Assembly (NCBI GenBank): GCA_963662945.1
Contig: OY759974.1
Coordinates: 416,001-480,000 of the forward strand
DNA: 64,000 bases
Origin: Arcobacteraceae bacterium
GTDB lineage: Bacteria > Campylobacterota > Campylobacteria > Campylobacterales > Arcobacteraceae
Direction of reading: 5' to 3'
Shown here: positions 10,881-21,969 of the stretch, one piece after another
Position numbering within the stretch: the stretch's first letter is position 1
How the letters are laid out: every line of letters begins with the position of its first letter
Notes under the pieces: generated by a model
What the model saw: only the letters and a program-made list of their open reading frames with translations
Databases searched by the model: none
Told to the model about the DNA's origin: nothing
Made by a program: the position numbers and the translations under genes

Positions 10881-12188
10881 TTATCTTTTTATAATTCTTT
10901 TAAACTCTTCTATCGTTTCGTTTTCACGTTGTTTTAAATATTTTGCAAAATTACTTTGACCAGATTTTTGCACCTCTATCTCCATAGCAATATGTAACCC
11001 TGTACTTGTTTTATCCACTCTTAGTACTGTCCCTTTTGCAAAGGTTTTTGTAAATTTTCTTTCTTTGATAAGTACACTTGGGGAAGCAATATCGAAACCA
11101 AAAGTTAAATCTAATTGCATATTAGGTTTAATATCAAGTTCTAAAGCATCTGTTGTCAATAAAACATATTTTAAAGAGATTTGTTTTGCTTTAAAATCAA
11201 TATGAGTTTTATTAAAAAACATTGTAGCTTTGAAACTTTCATCTGCAGTCAATCTTAAAACATTTTTATCTCTTTGTTGATAATTGATATAATGGGGTTT
11301 TACGAGTCTCATTTTATTATTTTTCAAATCTAAGTTGATAATATTTGCAAATATGTGTTTATTGTTACTTTCAATTTTTAAGACCACATGTTTTTCATAT
11401 TTTGCGGCAACTATCTGTGCTGTTGAGGCTTTTACTTCAAAACTATTTTCATCACAATCTATCAATTCTCCTTGATTATGTATTGTAATTCCTTTATAAG
11501 TACTGATTAATAAAATACTTTCATCATTTTTAACATAATCATTTATATCTTCCAAACATGTTCTAGGAATTTTAATCTTTATGTTTTGATCAACTATTGG
11601 TTCTTTTTTTAATACTTCTTTTTCTTGCTGTACTTCATGAACGATTGTAGGCTTTTGAACAACTTTTTGTTTAACAGGCTCTTGTATATTTGTTTCTACT
11701 ACTTTTTTTTGCACAACAGTTTGTTTCTCTTTAGGAAGGATTGGAGCTGCAGTTATTTTTGGTTTTACAATTTTTTGAGGTATAACTTTTTTTATAGGAG
11801 GAAGGATACCAATAAGCTTATCTGCTAATTGAGCAAAGTTTACAGGTTTCAATAACATCCCTGCTAAACCCATATCTATTGATTGTAAAAGTGTATAGTT
11901 TTCATCACTTTGACTTAAAGTAATAATAATGATATTCTCATTAACTTCTTTTATGTCAGCCAATAATTCTATAGAATCTTTCTTCTCTAAACTTAAATCC
12001 ATAATAACCACATCAGGTTTTACTTTCAAAAAAAGTTCAAATCCCTCTTCTCCATCATAAGCTTGATAAAAATATTTAAATGTTTTTTGTAAATATATTC
12101 CAAAATTTTTCTGTAATGTTTTATCACCTTCTATATATAATAATATCTTATCATTAGCAATATTTTTTAACTTTTCTAAACTACTCAT
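10881..12188 (-). CDS. Response regulator receiver protein with a low-complexity linker and a possible PilZ-like C-terminus
   Basis: Receiver (AYDGEEG, VIMDL, KPV); Lys/Pro/Gln/Val-rich linker; beta-rich C-terminus with RDKNVLR. Confidence 0.6.
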   Translation of the reverse strand: MSSLEKLKNIANDKILLYIEGDKTLQKNFGIYLQKTFKYFYQAYDGEEGFELFLKVKPDVVIMDLSLEKKDSIELLADIKEVNENIIIITLSQSDENYTLLQSIDMGLAGMLLKPVNFAQLADKLIGILPPIKKVIPQKIVKPKITAAPILPKEKQTVVQKKVVETNIQEPVKQKVVQKPTIVHEVQQEKEVLKKEPIVDQNIKIKIPRTCLEDINDYVKNDESILLISTYKGITIHNQGELIDCDENSFEVKASTAQIVAAKYEKHVVLKIESNNKHIFANIINLDLKNNKMRLVKPHYINYQQRDKNVLRLTADESFKATMFFNKTHIDFKAKQISLKYVLLTTDALELDIKPNMQLDLTFGFDIASPSVLIKERKFTKTFAKGTVLRVDKTSTGLHIAMEIEVQKSGQSNFAKYLKQRENETIEEFKRIIKR

Positions 12189-12293
12189 TATTGTACTCTT
12201 TTTATTGATAGATATAGAATAATCTATTTTCTATAAATATTCCCTTAGGATTTTTTGGATACAATTACGCAAATTAAAACTAAAGGGATAAAT

Positions 12294-12515
12294 ATGTTTC
12301 ACGAATATAGAGATATAGTTACAGAATTAAAAACAACAAATGCGCACTTCAAAAAAATTTTTGATGAGCATAATGAATTACACGATCAATTAGATAAAGC
12401 TGAAGCTGGTGGAGTTGATCATATTGATCCAATGGAAATCGAAAGAATGAAAAAAGCTAAGCTAAAACTAAAAGATGAAGCATACGCTATGATTATGGAA
12501 CATAAAAACAAATAG
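12294..12515 (+). CDS. YdcH/DUF465 family small protein
   Basis: MFHEYRD...HFKKIFDEHNEL...KLKLKDE pattern; RBS AGGGA before ATG 12294. Confidence 0.8.
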   Translation: MFHEYRDIVTELKTTNAHFKKIFDEHNELHDQLDKAEAGGVDHIDPMEIERMKKAKLKLKDEAYAMIMEHKNK

Positions 12516-12537
12516 TTTCTTTATTTACAAAATCTTT

Positions 12538-12569
12538 AAAGGTCAAGTTTTTTTAACTTGACCTTTTTT
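12538..12569 (+). terminator. Intrinsic terminator
   Basis: AAAGGTCAAGTT-N5-AACTTGACCTTT followed by a T-run. Confidence 0.8.
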
Positions 12570-12628
12570 ATTATTTAAGTATAGTTTAGATACAATAATT
12601 TAATTTTACAAAAAGGTATAAATAACTT

Positions 12629-15166
12629 ATGGAAAATCTTTTCGAATCACAAGACATAGTTGACATTAAAATAGAAGATAGTATAAAAGCTTCATACCTA
12701 GACTACTCAATGAGTGTTATCATAGGTAGAGCTTTACCTGATGCTAGAGATGGTTTAAAACCTGTTCATAGAAGAATCCTTTATGCGATGCATGACCTTA
12801 ATATGAGTTCAAGAACACCATATAAAAAATCAGCAAGAATTGTTGGAGATGTTATTGGTAAATACCATCCACATGGAGACACCTCTGTATATGATGCGCT
12901 TGTAAGAATGGCTCAAGACTTTGCAATGAGAATGCCACTTGTTGATGGACAAGGGAACTTCGGAAGTGTTGATGGAGATAGTGCAGCTGCTATGAGATAT
13001 ACTGAAGCTAGGATGACAAAACTTAGTGAAGATTTATTAAAAGATATTGATAAAGATACTGTGAACTACGTACCAACATACGATGATACAGGGAAAGAAC
13101 CTTCAGTACTACCTACAAGAATGCCTACGTTGCTTGTAAATGGTAGTGAAGGTATTGCTGTTGGTATGGCTACAAAAATACCACCACATAACCCTACAGA
13201 AGTTATGGATGCATTGATACATCTTATTGACAATCCAAATGCAGATGCTACAGACCTTATGGAATTTATACAAGGACCTGATTTCCCTACAGGTGCTACA
13301 ATATTTGGAAGACAAGGTTTCACAGAAGCATATAAAACAGGTCGTGGAAAAGTAAGAATAAGAGCAAAACATCACATCGAAACAAGAGGTAAAAAAGAGA
13401 TTATCGTTATTGATGAACTTCCTTACCAAGTAAACAAAGCAAGACTTGTAGAACAAATAGCAAATCTATCAAAAGATAAAATGATAGATGGTGTGAGTGA
13501 AGTAAGAGATGAATCAGATAGAGAAGGTACAAGAGTTGTAATCGAACTAAAAAAAGATGCAATGGGTGAAATCGTTTTAAATAACCTTTATAAACAAACA
13601 CCGATGCAAACTACATTTGGTATTATATTACTTGCAGTACATAATAAAGAACCAAAGATATTTAATCTTCCTCAAATTTTAAATATCTTCTTAAATCACA
13701 GAAAAACTGTAATTATTAGAAGAACTATATTTGAGTTAGAAAAAGCAAAAGCAAGAGCACATATCTTAGAAGGTCTTAAAATTGCTGTTGATAATATTGA
13801 TGAAGTTGTTAAAATCATTAGAGCAAGTGCAAATGATACGGAAGCTAGTGAAAAATTAATTGCTAGATTTGATTTGAGTGAAATACAAGCAAAAGCAATT
13901 CTAGATATGAGATTAGGAAGATTAACTGGTCTTCAAATTGAAAAACTAGAAGAAGAGTTACGAGCTCTTTTAACGCTTATAGAAGAATTAGAATCTATTT
14001 TAAAATCTGAAGAAAAATTAAATACTATTATAAAAGAAGAATTAATAGAAACTAAAGAAAAATACAATGAACCAAGAAGAACTGAAATAGAAGATAGTTA
14101 TGATGATATTGATATTGAAGATTTAATACCAAATGAACCAATGGTAGTAACTATCACACATAATGGATATGTAAAAAGAGTACCTATTAAAGCATACGAA
14201 ATGCAAAGACGTGGTGGTAAAGGTAAAGTTGCTGTTACTACACACGATGATGACTTTATCGAAAAATTCTTCGTAAGTAATACACATGATACACTTATGT
14301 TTGTTACAAACTTAGGGCAATTATACTGGTTAAAAGTTTATAGAATTCCTGAAGGTGGACGAACTGCAAAAGGGAAAGCTGTTGTAAATCTTATCAATTT
14401 AAGAGAAGATGAAAAGATTATGGCAATCATCCCTACAACAGATTTTGATGAATCTAAATCTTTAGCATTCTTTACAAAAAATGGTGTTGTAAAAAGAACA
14501 GCATTAAGTGAATTTAGTAATATTAGATCAAATGGGGTAAGAGCTATCGTTCTTGATGATGATGATGAAATTGTAACGGCATCTATCACTTTCCCTGAAT
14601 CACAATATCTAATGATATTTACTGCACTTGGACAAGTTATCAGATTTGAAATTGAAAAAACAAGAAATCAAGGTAGAACTACAAGAGGTGTTAGAGGTAT
14701 TAAATTTAAAGACCCTAAAGATTATGTAGTTGATGCAGATGTTATTGAAAATGAACAACAAGAATTATTAACAGTAAGTGAAAACGGTGTTGGAAAACGA
14801 ACAGAAGTAGAAGCATATAGACTTACAAATAGAGCTGGTTCTGGTGTTATTTCTATGAAATTAAGTCCAAAAACAGGAAAAACTGTAGTTGGAAACGTAA
14901 TCGTTGATGAAGACCAAGATTTAATGGCACTTACAAGTATTGGTAAAATGATAAGAGTTGATATGCAAACTATTAGAAAAGCTGGTAGAAATACAAGTGG
15001 TGTAACAATTGTAAATGTTGACAAAGAAGATAGAGTTGTAAGTATTGCAAAATGTCCAAAAGAAAAAGATGATGAGCTAGATATTCAAAATGCAGATGAT
15101 ATGGCTGGAATTGATTTAGAAGAAAGAAATTTATTAAACACTGATAATAATGGAGAAAATGAATAA
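12629..15166 (+). CDS. gyrA: DNA gyrase subunit A
   Basis: KYHPHGD, AAMRYTE, GyrA-box QRRGGKG, C-terminal pinwheel repeats. Confidence 0.98.
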   Translation: MENLFESQDIVDIKIEDSIKASYLDYSMSVIIGRALPDARDGLKPVHRRILYAMHDLNMSSRTPYKKSARIVGDVIGKYHPHGDTSVYDALVRMAQDFAMRMPLVDGQGNFGSVDGDSAAAMRYTEARMTKLSEDLLKDIDKDTVNYVPTYDDTGKEPSVLPTRMPTLLVNGSEGIAVGMATKIPPHNPTEVMDALIHLIDNPNADATDLMEFIQGPDFPTGATIFGRQGFTEAYKTGRGKVRIRAKHHIETRGKKEIIVIDELPYQVNKARLVEQIANLSKDKMIDGVSEVRDESDREGTRVVIELKKDAMGEIVLNNLYKQTPMQTTFGIILLAVHNKEPKIFNLPQILNIFLNHRKTVIIRRTIFELEKAKARAHILEGLKIAVDNIDEVVKIIRASANDTEASEKLIARFDLSEIQAKAILDMRLGRLTGLQIEKLEEELRALLTLIEELESILKSEEKLNTIIKEELIETKEKYNEPRRTEIEDSYDDIDIEDLIPNEPMVVTITHNGYVKRVPIKAYEMQRRGGKGKVAVTTHDDDFIEKFFVSNTHDTLMFVTNLGQLYWLKVYRIPEGGRTAKGKAVVNLINLREDEKIMAIIPTTDFDESKSLAFFTKNGVVKRTALSEFSNIRSNGVRAIVLDDDDEIVTASITFPESQYLMIFTALGQVIRFEIEKTRNQGRTTRGVRGIKFKDPKDYVVDADVIENEQQELLTVSENGVGKRTEVEAYRLTNRAGSGVISMKLSPKTGKTVVGNVIVDEDQDLMALTSIGKMIRVDMQTIRKAGRNTSGVTIVNVDKEDRVVSIAKCPKEKDDELDIQNADDMAGIDLEERNLLNTDNNGENE

Positions 15167-16210
15167 ATGAGTTTGAAATATAATGTAGCTGTAGTGGGTG
15201 CTACAGGTGCTGTTGGGGAAGAATTATTTAGAGTTATGGAAGAGATGAACTTCCCAGTTGGTAATCTTTTACCACTTGCAAGTGCAAATAGTGTTGGAAC
15301 AAACATCACATTTAAAGGGAAAGAATATCCTGTATATGAACTAACCGATACAGTTTTTGAAGAACATGAAGTTGATATTGCATTTTTTAGTGCTGGTGGA
15401 AGTATTAGTGCTAAATTTGCTCATTGTGCTGTTGAAGGTGGTGCAGTTGTTATTGATAACACTAGTCATTTTAGAATGGAAGAAAATATTCCTTTAGTAG
15501 TTCCTGAAGTAAATCCTGAAGATATAGCTTTATGGAGAGAAACAGGAATCATTGCAAATCCAAATTGTTCAACAATCCAAATGGTACAAGTATTAAAACC
15601 ACTTGATGAACTCTATGGTATCAAAAGAGTTGATGTATCAACATATCAAGCTACAAGTGGTGCTGGAAAAAAAGGGATGGAAGAACTTGTAAGACAAATG
15701 CAAGATTTTTTTGCTTTTAAACTAGATGAATCAGAAAAATCTGCTTTTGCACACCAAATTGCTCTTAACGTAATACCACATATTGATGTATTTCAACCAA
15801 ATGGTTTTACTAAAGAAGAGATGAAAATGGTAAAAGAAACTCAAAAAATTATGAAAAAGAAAATGGCTATTGCAGCAACTTGTGTTAGAGTACCTGTTTT
15901 AAGAAGTCATAGTGAATCAATTACTATTAGATTTGATGATGGTGTAGATGCTGATGTAAATGCAATCAGAAGTGCATTAGATAATTTTGAAAATGTAGAA
16001 GTTGCAGATGATGTTGAAAACAACATTTATCCAATGCCAATTATGTCAACAGATACTGACTTAACTTTTGTTGGAAGAATAAGAAAAGATATTTATGAAC
16101 CAAATGTCATACATCTTTTTAATGCAGCTGACCAAGTAAGAGTTGGTGCTGCAACAAATGCTGTAAGAATTGGTCTTAAATGGATTGCTTTACAAGAAGA
16201 GGAGCTTTAA
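15167..16210 (+). CDS. asd: Aspartate-semialdehyde dehydrogenase
   Basis: GATGAVG, IANPNCST, TYQATSGAG, CVRVPV, GAATNAV. Confidence 0.97.
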   Translation: MSLKYNVAVVGATGAVGEELFRVMEEMNFPVGNLLPLASANSVGTNITFKGKEYPVYELTDTVFEEHEVDIAFFSAGGSISAKFAHCAVEGGAVVIDNTSHFRMEENIPLVVPEVNPEDIALWRETGIIANPNCSTIQMVQVLKPLDELYGIKRVDVSTYQATSGAGKKGMEELVRQMQDFFAFKLDESEKSAFAHQIALNVIPHIDVFQPNGFTKEEMKMVKETQKIMKKKMAIAATCVRVPVLRSHSESITIRFDDGVDADVNAIRSALDNFENVEVADDVENNIYPMPIMSTDTDLTFVGRIRKDIYEPNVIHLFNAADQVRVGAATNAVRIGLKWIALQEEEL

Positions 16211-16213
16211 GAG

Positions 16214-16726
16214 ATGTTAGAAAAACTATTTGAAGGTGCTATTTGGAGAAGTAGATTAGTAGTAATACTTGCTGTTGTATTTGGTCTTTTAGGTGCAATA
16301 GTTTTATTTATTGTTGCTTCTATAGATATTTGGGGAGTCGCGGTATATAGTTTTAATACAATTGTAACTGGTGCTCATCCTGAGCATTTTCATGAAGATA
16401 TAGTTGCTGGTATTATTGGTGCTGTTGATTTATATCTTATTGCCGTTGTACTTTTTATTTTCGCATTTGGTTTATATGAACTATTTGTATCAGAAATTGA
16501 TGAAGCTATGGAAAAAGAAAATGCAAATAAAATACTTGCTATTCACTCTTTAGATCAATTAAAAGATAAAATAGCAAAAGTTATCGTAATGGTTTTAGTA
16601 GTTAGCTTTTTTCAAAAAGTATTACATACAAGTTTTGCAACACCATTGGAGATGTTATATTTTGCACTTTCAATCACAGCACTTGCTGTTGGATTATATT
16701 TTTTAGGAAAAGTAGGTAAACATTAA
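16214..16726 (+). CDS. YqhA/UPF0114 family membrane protein
   Basis: Four TM helices; GLYELFVS and SLDQLKDKI motifs. Confidence 0.8.
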   Translation: MLEKLFEGAIWRSRLVVILAVVFGLLGAIVLFIVASIDIWGVAVYSFNTIVTGAHPEHFHEDIVAGIIGAVDLYLIAVVLFIFAFGLYELFVSEIDEAMEKENANKILAIHSLDQLKDKIAKVIVMVLVVSFFQKVLHTSFATPLEMLYFALSITALAVGLYFLGKVGKH

Positions 16727-17775
16727 TGGGGAAAATATTTGTTGATGCGTGTTTAGGTAAAGAGACACCTTATACACCAGTATGGATGATGAGACAAGCG
16801 GGAAGATACCTTCCTGAATATATGAAAGTAAGAGCAGAGGCTGGAAACTTTTTAAACCTTTGTCATGATCCAAAAAAAGCGGCTGAAGTCACTATCCAAC
16901 CACTTGATATTGTTGGTGTTGATGCAGCAATATTATTTTCAGATATTTTAGTTATTCCAGATGAAATGGGTATGGACTTATCTTTTGTAAAAGGTGAAGG
17001 GCCTCAATTTAGTGATCCAATTAAAACTCAAGAAGACTTAGATAGACTTATAGGTGGAGAAGAAGCTTCTAGTAAACTTACTTATGTGTATGACACTATC
17101 AAACTTTTAAGAGAACAATTAGACTCTCGTGGTGACGATAAAGCACTTATAGGATTTACAGGAGCACCTTGGACACTTGCAACTTATATGATAGAGGGTC
17201 AAGGGACAAAAACATACAATATTTGTAAAAAAATGATGTATTCTAATCCTGAACTTTTACATAATATATTAAAAAAAGTAACTGAAGTTGTAAAACTCTA
17301 TATGGAAAAACAAATCCAAGCTGGTGTAGATGTAGTTCAAATTTTTGATTCATGGGCTGCTGCAATTGAACCAAGCAAATATGATGAATTTTCTTGGTCA
17401 TATATGGTTGAAATAGCTGATTATTTAAAAGCAAAATACCCACACATTCCTATTATTATGTTTCCTAAAGGTGTAGCTTCTTTTATAGAAAGAGGTCTAG
17501 TGTACGGAAACTTTGATGTATTTGGTGTAGATTGGGGAACTCCAATGGCACTTGCGAAAGAAAAACTAGGAAGTAAATATGTTCTTCAAGGAAATATGGA
17601 ACCATGTAGACTTTACTCAAAAGAAAGAACTACTGAATGTGTAGAAGCTTTACAAAACATTATGGGTGGCAAACGTCATATCTTTAATTTAGGTCATGGA
17701 ATCTTACCTGATGTACCTGTTGAGCATGCAAAACACTTTGTAAGTGAATGTCAAAGAGTTAGCGGTAAAAAATAG
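16726..17775 (+). CDS. hemE: Uroporphyrinogen decarboxylase
   Basis: [32 protein letters not shown]. Confidence 0.97.
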   Translation: MGKIFVDACLGKETPYTPVWMMRQAGRYLPEYMKVRAEAGNFLNLCHDPKKAAEVTIQPLDIVGVDAAILFSDILVIPDEMGMDLSFVKGEGPQFSDPIKTQEDLDRLIGGEEASSKLTYVYDTIKLLREQLDSRGDDKALIGFTGAPWTLATYMIEGQGTKTYNICKKMMYSNPELLHNILKKVTEVVKLYMEKQIQAGVDVVQIFDSWAAAIEPSKYDEFSWSYMVEIADYLKAKYPHIPIIMFPKGVASFIERGLVYGNFDVFGVDWGTPMALAKEKLGSKYVLQGNMEPCRLYSKERTTECVEALQNIMGGKRHIFNLGHGILPDVPVEHAKHFVSECQRVSGKK

Positions 17776-18683
17776 TGAATAATATCATTTTTGGACCTAT
17801 CCCATCAAGACGATTTGGGATGAGTCTAGGAATTGACCTCTCTCCTACTTTAAAACAATGTAACTTTGATTGTTTATATTGTGAGCTTGAAAAGGCAAAA
17901 ACTGTTTCAAAACAAACTGAAGTTTTAGAAGTTGAAGCAATAATCACAGAACTTAAAACTGCTTTAGAAAATCATAAAAACATTGATGTAATAACATTTA
18001 CAGCAAATGGTGAACCAACCTTATATCCAAAACTTTCAACTCTTATAGATGAAGTAGATAAAATTAAAGGCAATATAAAAACACTCATACTTAGTAATGG
18101 TGCAAACATATATGAACCACAGATACAACAAACACTTTCTAAAATAGATATAGTAAAACTTTCCCTTGATTGTGTGAGCCCTACTTGCTTTAAAAAACTT
18201 GATAGAGTTGATGATAGTATAGATTGTACTAAAATAGTAGATGGGATGATAGCTTTTAGACAACTGCATAAAAAACAACTTATCACTGAAACTCTTTTTG
18301 TAAAAACACTTAATGACAATCAAGAAGAGATCAGTAAAATATATGAAGCACTTAAACTTATTAAACCAGATAGAGTGGATATAGGTACCATAGATAGACC
18401 ACCTGCATATGATGTAAAACCTGTAAGTTATGAAACACTACTTTCTATAGCAAATAGTTTTAAAAATTTACCAGTAACTATTGCCCATAGAGATAAAAAT
18501 ATTGCAAAAGAGGAATATAGTGAAGCAGAGATTTTAAGACTTCTTTTACGAAGACCTTTAACACAAGATGATATAGAAAATATTTTTACAAAAAACTCTC
18601 AAGATATATTGAAAACTCTACTAGAAACTAAAAAAGTCTATGAAGTTATCAACAACAATGTGAAGTTTTATAAAATATCATAA
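17775..18683 (+). CDS. Radical SAM protein
   Basis: CNFDCLYC (CxxxCxxC), NGEPTL, N-terminal FGPIPSRRFGMSLGID. Confidence 0.85.
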   Translation: MNNIIFGPIPSRRFGMSLGIDLSPTLKQCNFDCLYCELEKAKTVSKQTEVLEVEAIITELKTALENHKNIDVITFTANGEPTLYPKLSTLIDEVDKIKGNIKTLILSNGANIYEPQIQQTLSKIDIVKLSLDCVSPTCFKKLDRVDDSIDCTKIVDGMIAFRQLHKKQLITETLFVKTLNDNQEEISKIYEALKLIKPDRVDIGTIDRPPAYDVKPVSYETLLSIANSFKNLPVTIAHRDKNIAKEEYSEAEILRLLLRRPLTQDDIENIFTKNSQDILKTLLETKKVYEVINNNVKFYKIS

Positions 18684-18699
18684 TTTAAGCTAAATTTAA

Positions 18700-18728
18700 T
18701 TGACAAAATTGAAATATTTAACTATAAT
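18700..18728 (+). promoter_or_regulatory. Consensus sigma70 promoter for tRNA-Asn
   Basis: TTGACA-17 bp-TATAAT. Confidence 0.9.
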
Positions 18729-18771
18729 TTCGCCACTTAAAAGGAAACATTCTTTTTAAATTCACAAACAT

Positions 18772-18846
18772 TCCGGCATAGCTCAGCGGTAGAGTAGATG
18801 ACTGTTAATCATTTGGTCCCTGGTTCGATCCCAGGTGCCGGAGCCA
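18772..18846 (+). tRNA. tRNA-Asn (GTT)
   Basis: Cloverleaf: acceptor TCCGGCA/TGCCGGA, anticodon loop CTGTTAA, T-loop GGTTCGATCC, encoded CCA. Confidence 0.97.
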
Positions 18847-18932
18847 CAAACTTAAAATCCTTTTTTAAAATTTCATTTTTTAATTTTATATCAAACTTAT
18901 TCCAAAACTGTACTAATTTATAGTTTAACTAA

Positions 18933-19757
18933 TTAACCTTTATCAGCATGTTCAACATGTGTATAACTGTAAGTTTGCGTATAACAATGTAGTAGTTTGT
19001 CATTTTCTTTTTTTCTTTTATAATAATCATCTTTTATAGTTTCAAGATAAGAGGTCACAGTCTTAGAACCTTTATAAAAATTTGAATTTGTATCATAATG
19101 TCCTTTTGTTTGAATACTATCAAACTGTTTTGCCATACTATCAAAAGTATTAAATAATGCATTTGTTGTAACCTCTGTCTCAGAACTAAATACAGTTTTA
19201 GTGGAGTACTTAGCTGTTCTTTTAATATTTTTTACTGTTACTTCAATGTTTTTTGAAAACTCATAACTATAATCTTTTATTGTATAATCTTTTGTAAACT
19301 CTTTATTCAAAGTAAAACTTTCTACATGTTTTACTATTGCTTCAAATTGTATACCAAGATATGTAATGGAATTCCAAGCATCAAATATTGTATTAACAAC
19401 TTTATTTAGTGATTCCAAACAAAGAGCATCTGAAGATTCAAAAGATTCTAATTCTTTTTCAAATAAAACTTTATTTAACACTTCATCATCTGTGATATGT
19501 GCTTTTATATACAATGATGTTGCTTCATTATTTTGCTTTATCATCGTATCTTTTGGATACAAAATATCTATATCTTCTCTCGTTAAATTTTTATACTCAT
19601 TATAAGTTATATTTCTAGGATTTCTTTTTTTATACAATTTATCAAGAAAAGAATGTTTTTTAGAATCGCTATTCTGTTTAGATTTATGAGTATAAACTGA
19701 ATGCTTATTATTTGTTGTATTATTACTCGGTTCTGTGGTTCTTATGGTTATTTTCAT
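18933..19757 (-). CDS. Hypothetical protein
   Basis: 274-aa ORF with RBS GAGGA; no recognised motif. Confidence 0.7.
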   Translation of the reverse strand: MKITIRTTEPSNNTTNNKHSVYTHKSKQNSDSKKHSFLDKLYKKRNPRNITYNEYKNLTREDIDILYPKDTMIKQNNEATSLYIKAHITDDEVLNKVLFEKELESFESSDALCLESLNKVVNTIFDAWNSITYLGIQFEAIVKHVESFTLNKEFTKDYTIKDYSYEFSKNIEVTVKNIKRTAKYSTKTVFSSETEVTTNALFNTFDSMAKQFDSIQTKGHYDTNSNFYKGSKTVTSYLETIKDDYYKRKKENDKLLHCYTQTYSYTHVEHADKG

Positions 19758-19789
19758 CTTTCTTTCCTCGTTATAATATCTTTAATAAA

Positions 19790-19822
19790 ATATTAACAAA
19801 AAGATGTCACAACGCTGTCACA
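19790..19822 (-). promoter_or_regulatory. TGTGACA direct-repeat box plus extended -10 (copy 1)
   Basis: Minus strand TGTGACA-gcgt-TGTGACA-N6-TG-t-TAATAT. Confidence 0.65.
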
Positions 19823-19949
19823 GAAAACACATAAGTTACAAAATCATAAAATAATTTACTCTCAAATCTTTTCTCTTTTAATATGTAAGTATAAATAAGT
19901 TAGAATTATATAATAACTTATTTATAGGATAGAGGGAACAAACTATAGA

Positions 19950-21860
19950 ATGACAAATGAAGATGAAAAAAATTTATTATTGTCAATAAAAATCATACCT
20001 CTAATTATTGTTATACTTGTTGCTATTATAGGAATTATTACTGCTTTATTCATAAACAATCAAAATTTTAATAATGAAATTAAAAATGTTAAAAGCGTAT
20101 ATTTAAAAGAAGAAAAAAATGCTTTAAAACAAGAAGTTTTAAAAATACGCAATAACATCTTAAATGAAAAACAATTAACCAAAGAACAACTCAAAACAAA
20201 TATCAAAGAAAAAGTTTATATGGCACATAGTATTGCTACAAATATTTACGAACAATATAAATCTACAAAAAGTAAAAATGAAATAAAAGAGATAATTAAA
20301 AATGCTCTTGTAAACGTTAGATTCAATAATGGTAGAGGTTATTTTTTTATTTATTCTATGAATTATGAATGTATTTTATTACCTGTTTCTAGACATTTAG
20401 AAGGAACTAACTTTTATAACTTTCAAGATGTTAAAGGTATGTATCTCACTAGAGAAATTATAAAACAAATCAAAAAAGAAAAAGAGGGATTCTTAACTTG
20501 GTGGTATCATAAACCAAATGATATGATTGAACAATATGAAAAAATAGGTTTTAACAAATATTTTGAACCATTTAATTGGTTTATAGGTACTGGTGAATAT
20601 GTTAAAGACTATGAAGAAACTGTAAAGAAAACTATTACTAAGCGATTATCTTTATATACCTATAAAAAAGATTCTTATATATTTATTATCGATAAAAATG
20701 GAGTGATTTTAGCACACAAAAATAAAGATATCATAGGGAAAGATAGAATAGAAACAAAAGATGTTAATAATTTTAGTATTACACATGAAATTACTAAAAC
20801 AGCCCAAAATGGTGGTGGTTTTATTGAATATATATTTCCTCCAACAGGAATAAATAAAATCTCTTATGTGCTACCACTTGAGGAGTGGAATTGGACAATA
20901 GGTTCAGGATTCTATACAAATGATTTAAATGCATTGATTGAAAATAAAAAAAAGACTTTACAAGAACAAAATCAAAAACAAATTAATACTATCATTCTAG
21001 CTTCTATTGTCATTATTATTTTGATTATTATTCTATCACTATCTCTTTCTTACACGATCCAAAAAAGATTTGAAAATTATAAAACCAAAGCACATCAAAA
21101 AGATAAAATGATAACAGAACAATCAAAAATGGTAGCAATGGGGGAGATGATAGGAAATATTGCCCATCAATGGAGACAACCTCTATCAATAATTTCAACA
21201 GGTGCTACAGGAATGAAAGTACAAAAAGAATATGGTCTTTTAACTAATGAAGAATTTAATAAAATATGTGATTTAATCAATGAAAATGCCCAATATCTTT
21301 CAGAAACAATAGATGATTTTAAAAACTTCATTAAAGGTGACCGAGTAAAAGAAATTTTTAGTTTGGAAGAAAATATAAATTCATTTGTTCATTTAGTAGA
21401 AGGCTCTATTAAATCAAACAATATCAAACTTATTTTAAATTTAGAAAACGATATAAAAATAAACGGCTATAGCAATGAATTAATGCAATGTTTTATCAAT
21501 ATCTTCAATAATGCAAAAGATGCTTTAAAAGAACAAGCAAAACAAGATAAAATTATAATGATTTCAACTTATTCTCAAGAAAATACAGCTGTGATTGAGA
21601 TACTAGATAATGCAGAAGGTATAGCAGAAGATATTCTCCCTAAAATCTTTGAACCTTACTTTACTACAAAACATAAATCACAAGGCACTGGACTTGGACT
21701 TAGTATGACTTACAAATTTATTGTTGATGGTATGAATGGAACTATTGAGGCTCAAAATAAAGAATTTCAATATAACCACAAAAACTACAGAGGTGCCGAG
21801 ATAAAAATAGTATTACCTCTTCAAATATTTGATGCAGAAGAGTTAAATTTAGAAAACTAA
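19950..21860 (+). CDS. Double-Cache sensor histidine kinase
   Basis: Two Cache-like repeats (GYFFIY...WFIGTG; YIFII...WTIGSG), IAHQWRQPL, GTGLGL. Confidence 0.9.
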   Translation: MTNEDEKNLLLSIKIIPLIIVILVAIIGIITALFINNQNFNNEIKNVKSVYLKEEKNALKQEVLKIRNNILNEKQLTKEQLKTNIKEKVYMAHSIATNIYEQYKSTKSKNEIKEIIKNALVNVRFNNGRGYFFIYSMNYECILLPVSRHLEGTNFYNFQDVKGMYLTREIIKQIKKEKEGFLTWWYHKPNDMIEQYEKIGFNKYFEPFNWFIGTGEYVKDYEETVKKTITKRLSLYTYKKDSYIFIIDKNGVILAHKNKDIIGKDRIETKDVNNFSITHEITKTAQNGGGFIEYIFPPTGINKISYVLPLEEWNWTIGSGFYTNDLNALIENKKKTLQEQNQKQINTIILASIVIIILIIILSLSLSYTIQKRFENYKTKAHQKDKMITEQSKMVAMGEMIGNIAHQWRQPLSIISTGATGMKVQKEYGLLTNEEFNKICDLINENAQYLSETIDDFKNFIKGDRVKEIFSLEENINSFVHLVEGSIKSNNIKLILNLENDIKINGYSNELMQCFINIFNNAKDALKEQAKQDKIIMISTYSQENTAVIEILDNAEGIAEDILPKIFEPYFTTKHKSQGTGLGLSMTYKFIVDGMNGTIEAQNKEFQYNHKNYRGAEIKIVLPLQIFDAEELNLEN

Positions 21861-21899
21861 AGTTTTGCTTACATCATAAATTATTAAAAAAAACTTTTA

Positions 21900-21933
21900 T
21901 GTGACACTAGATGTGACAACTTTATGATAATAT
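21900..21933 (+). promoter_or_regulatory. TGTGACA direct-repeat box plus extended -10 (copy 2)
   Basis: TGTGACA-ctaga-TGTGACA-N6-TG-a-TAATAT. Confidence 0.65.
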
Positions 21934-21969
21934 AATATGAAAAATTTTAATTAAAAAGGCCTAATAAAA

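Noticed and set aside
13066-15309. Antisense ORFs over gyrA/asd, and similar short ORFs over hemE, nifA, the mod genes, amtB, glnA and nifU
   Set aside because: They overlap well-supported genes and lack motifs; these are shadow frames
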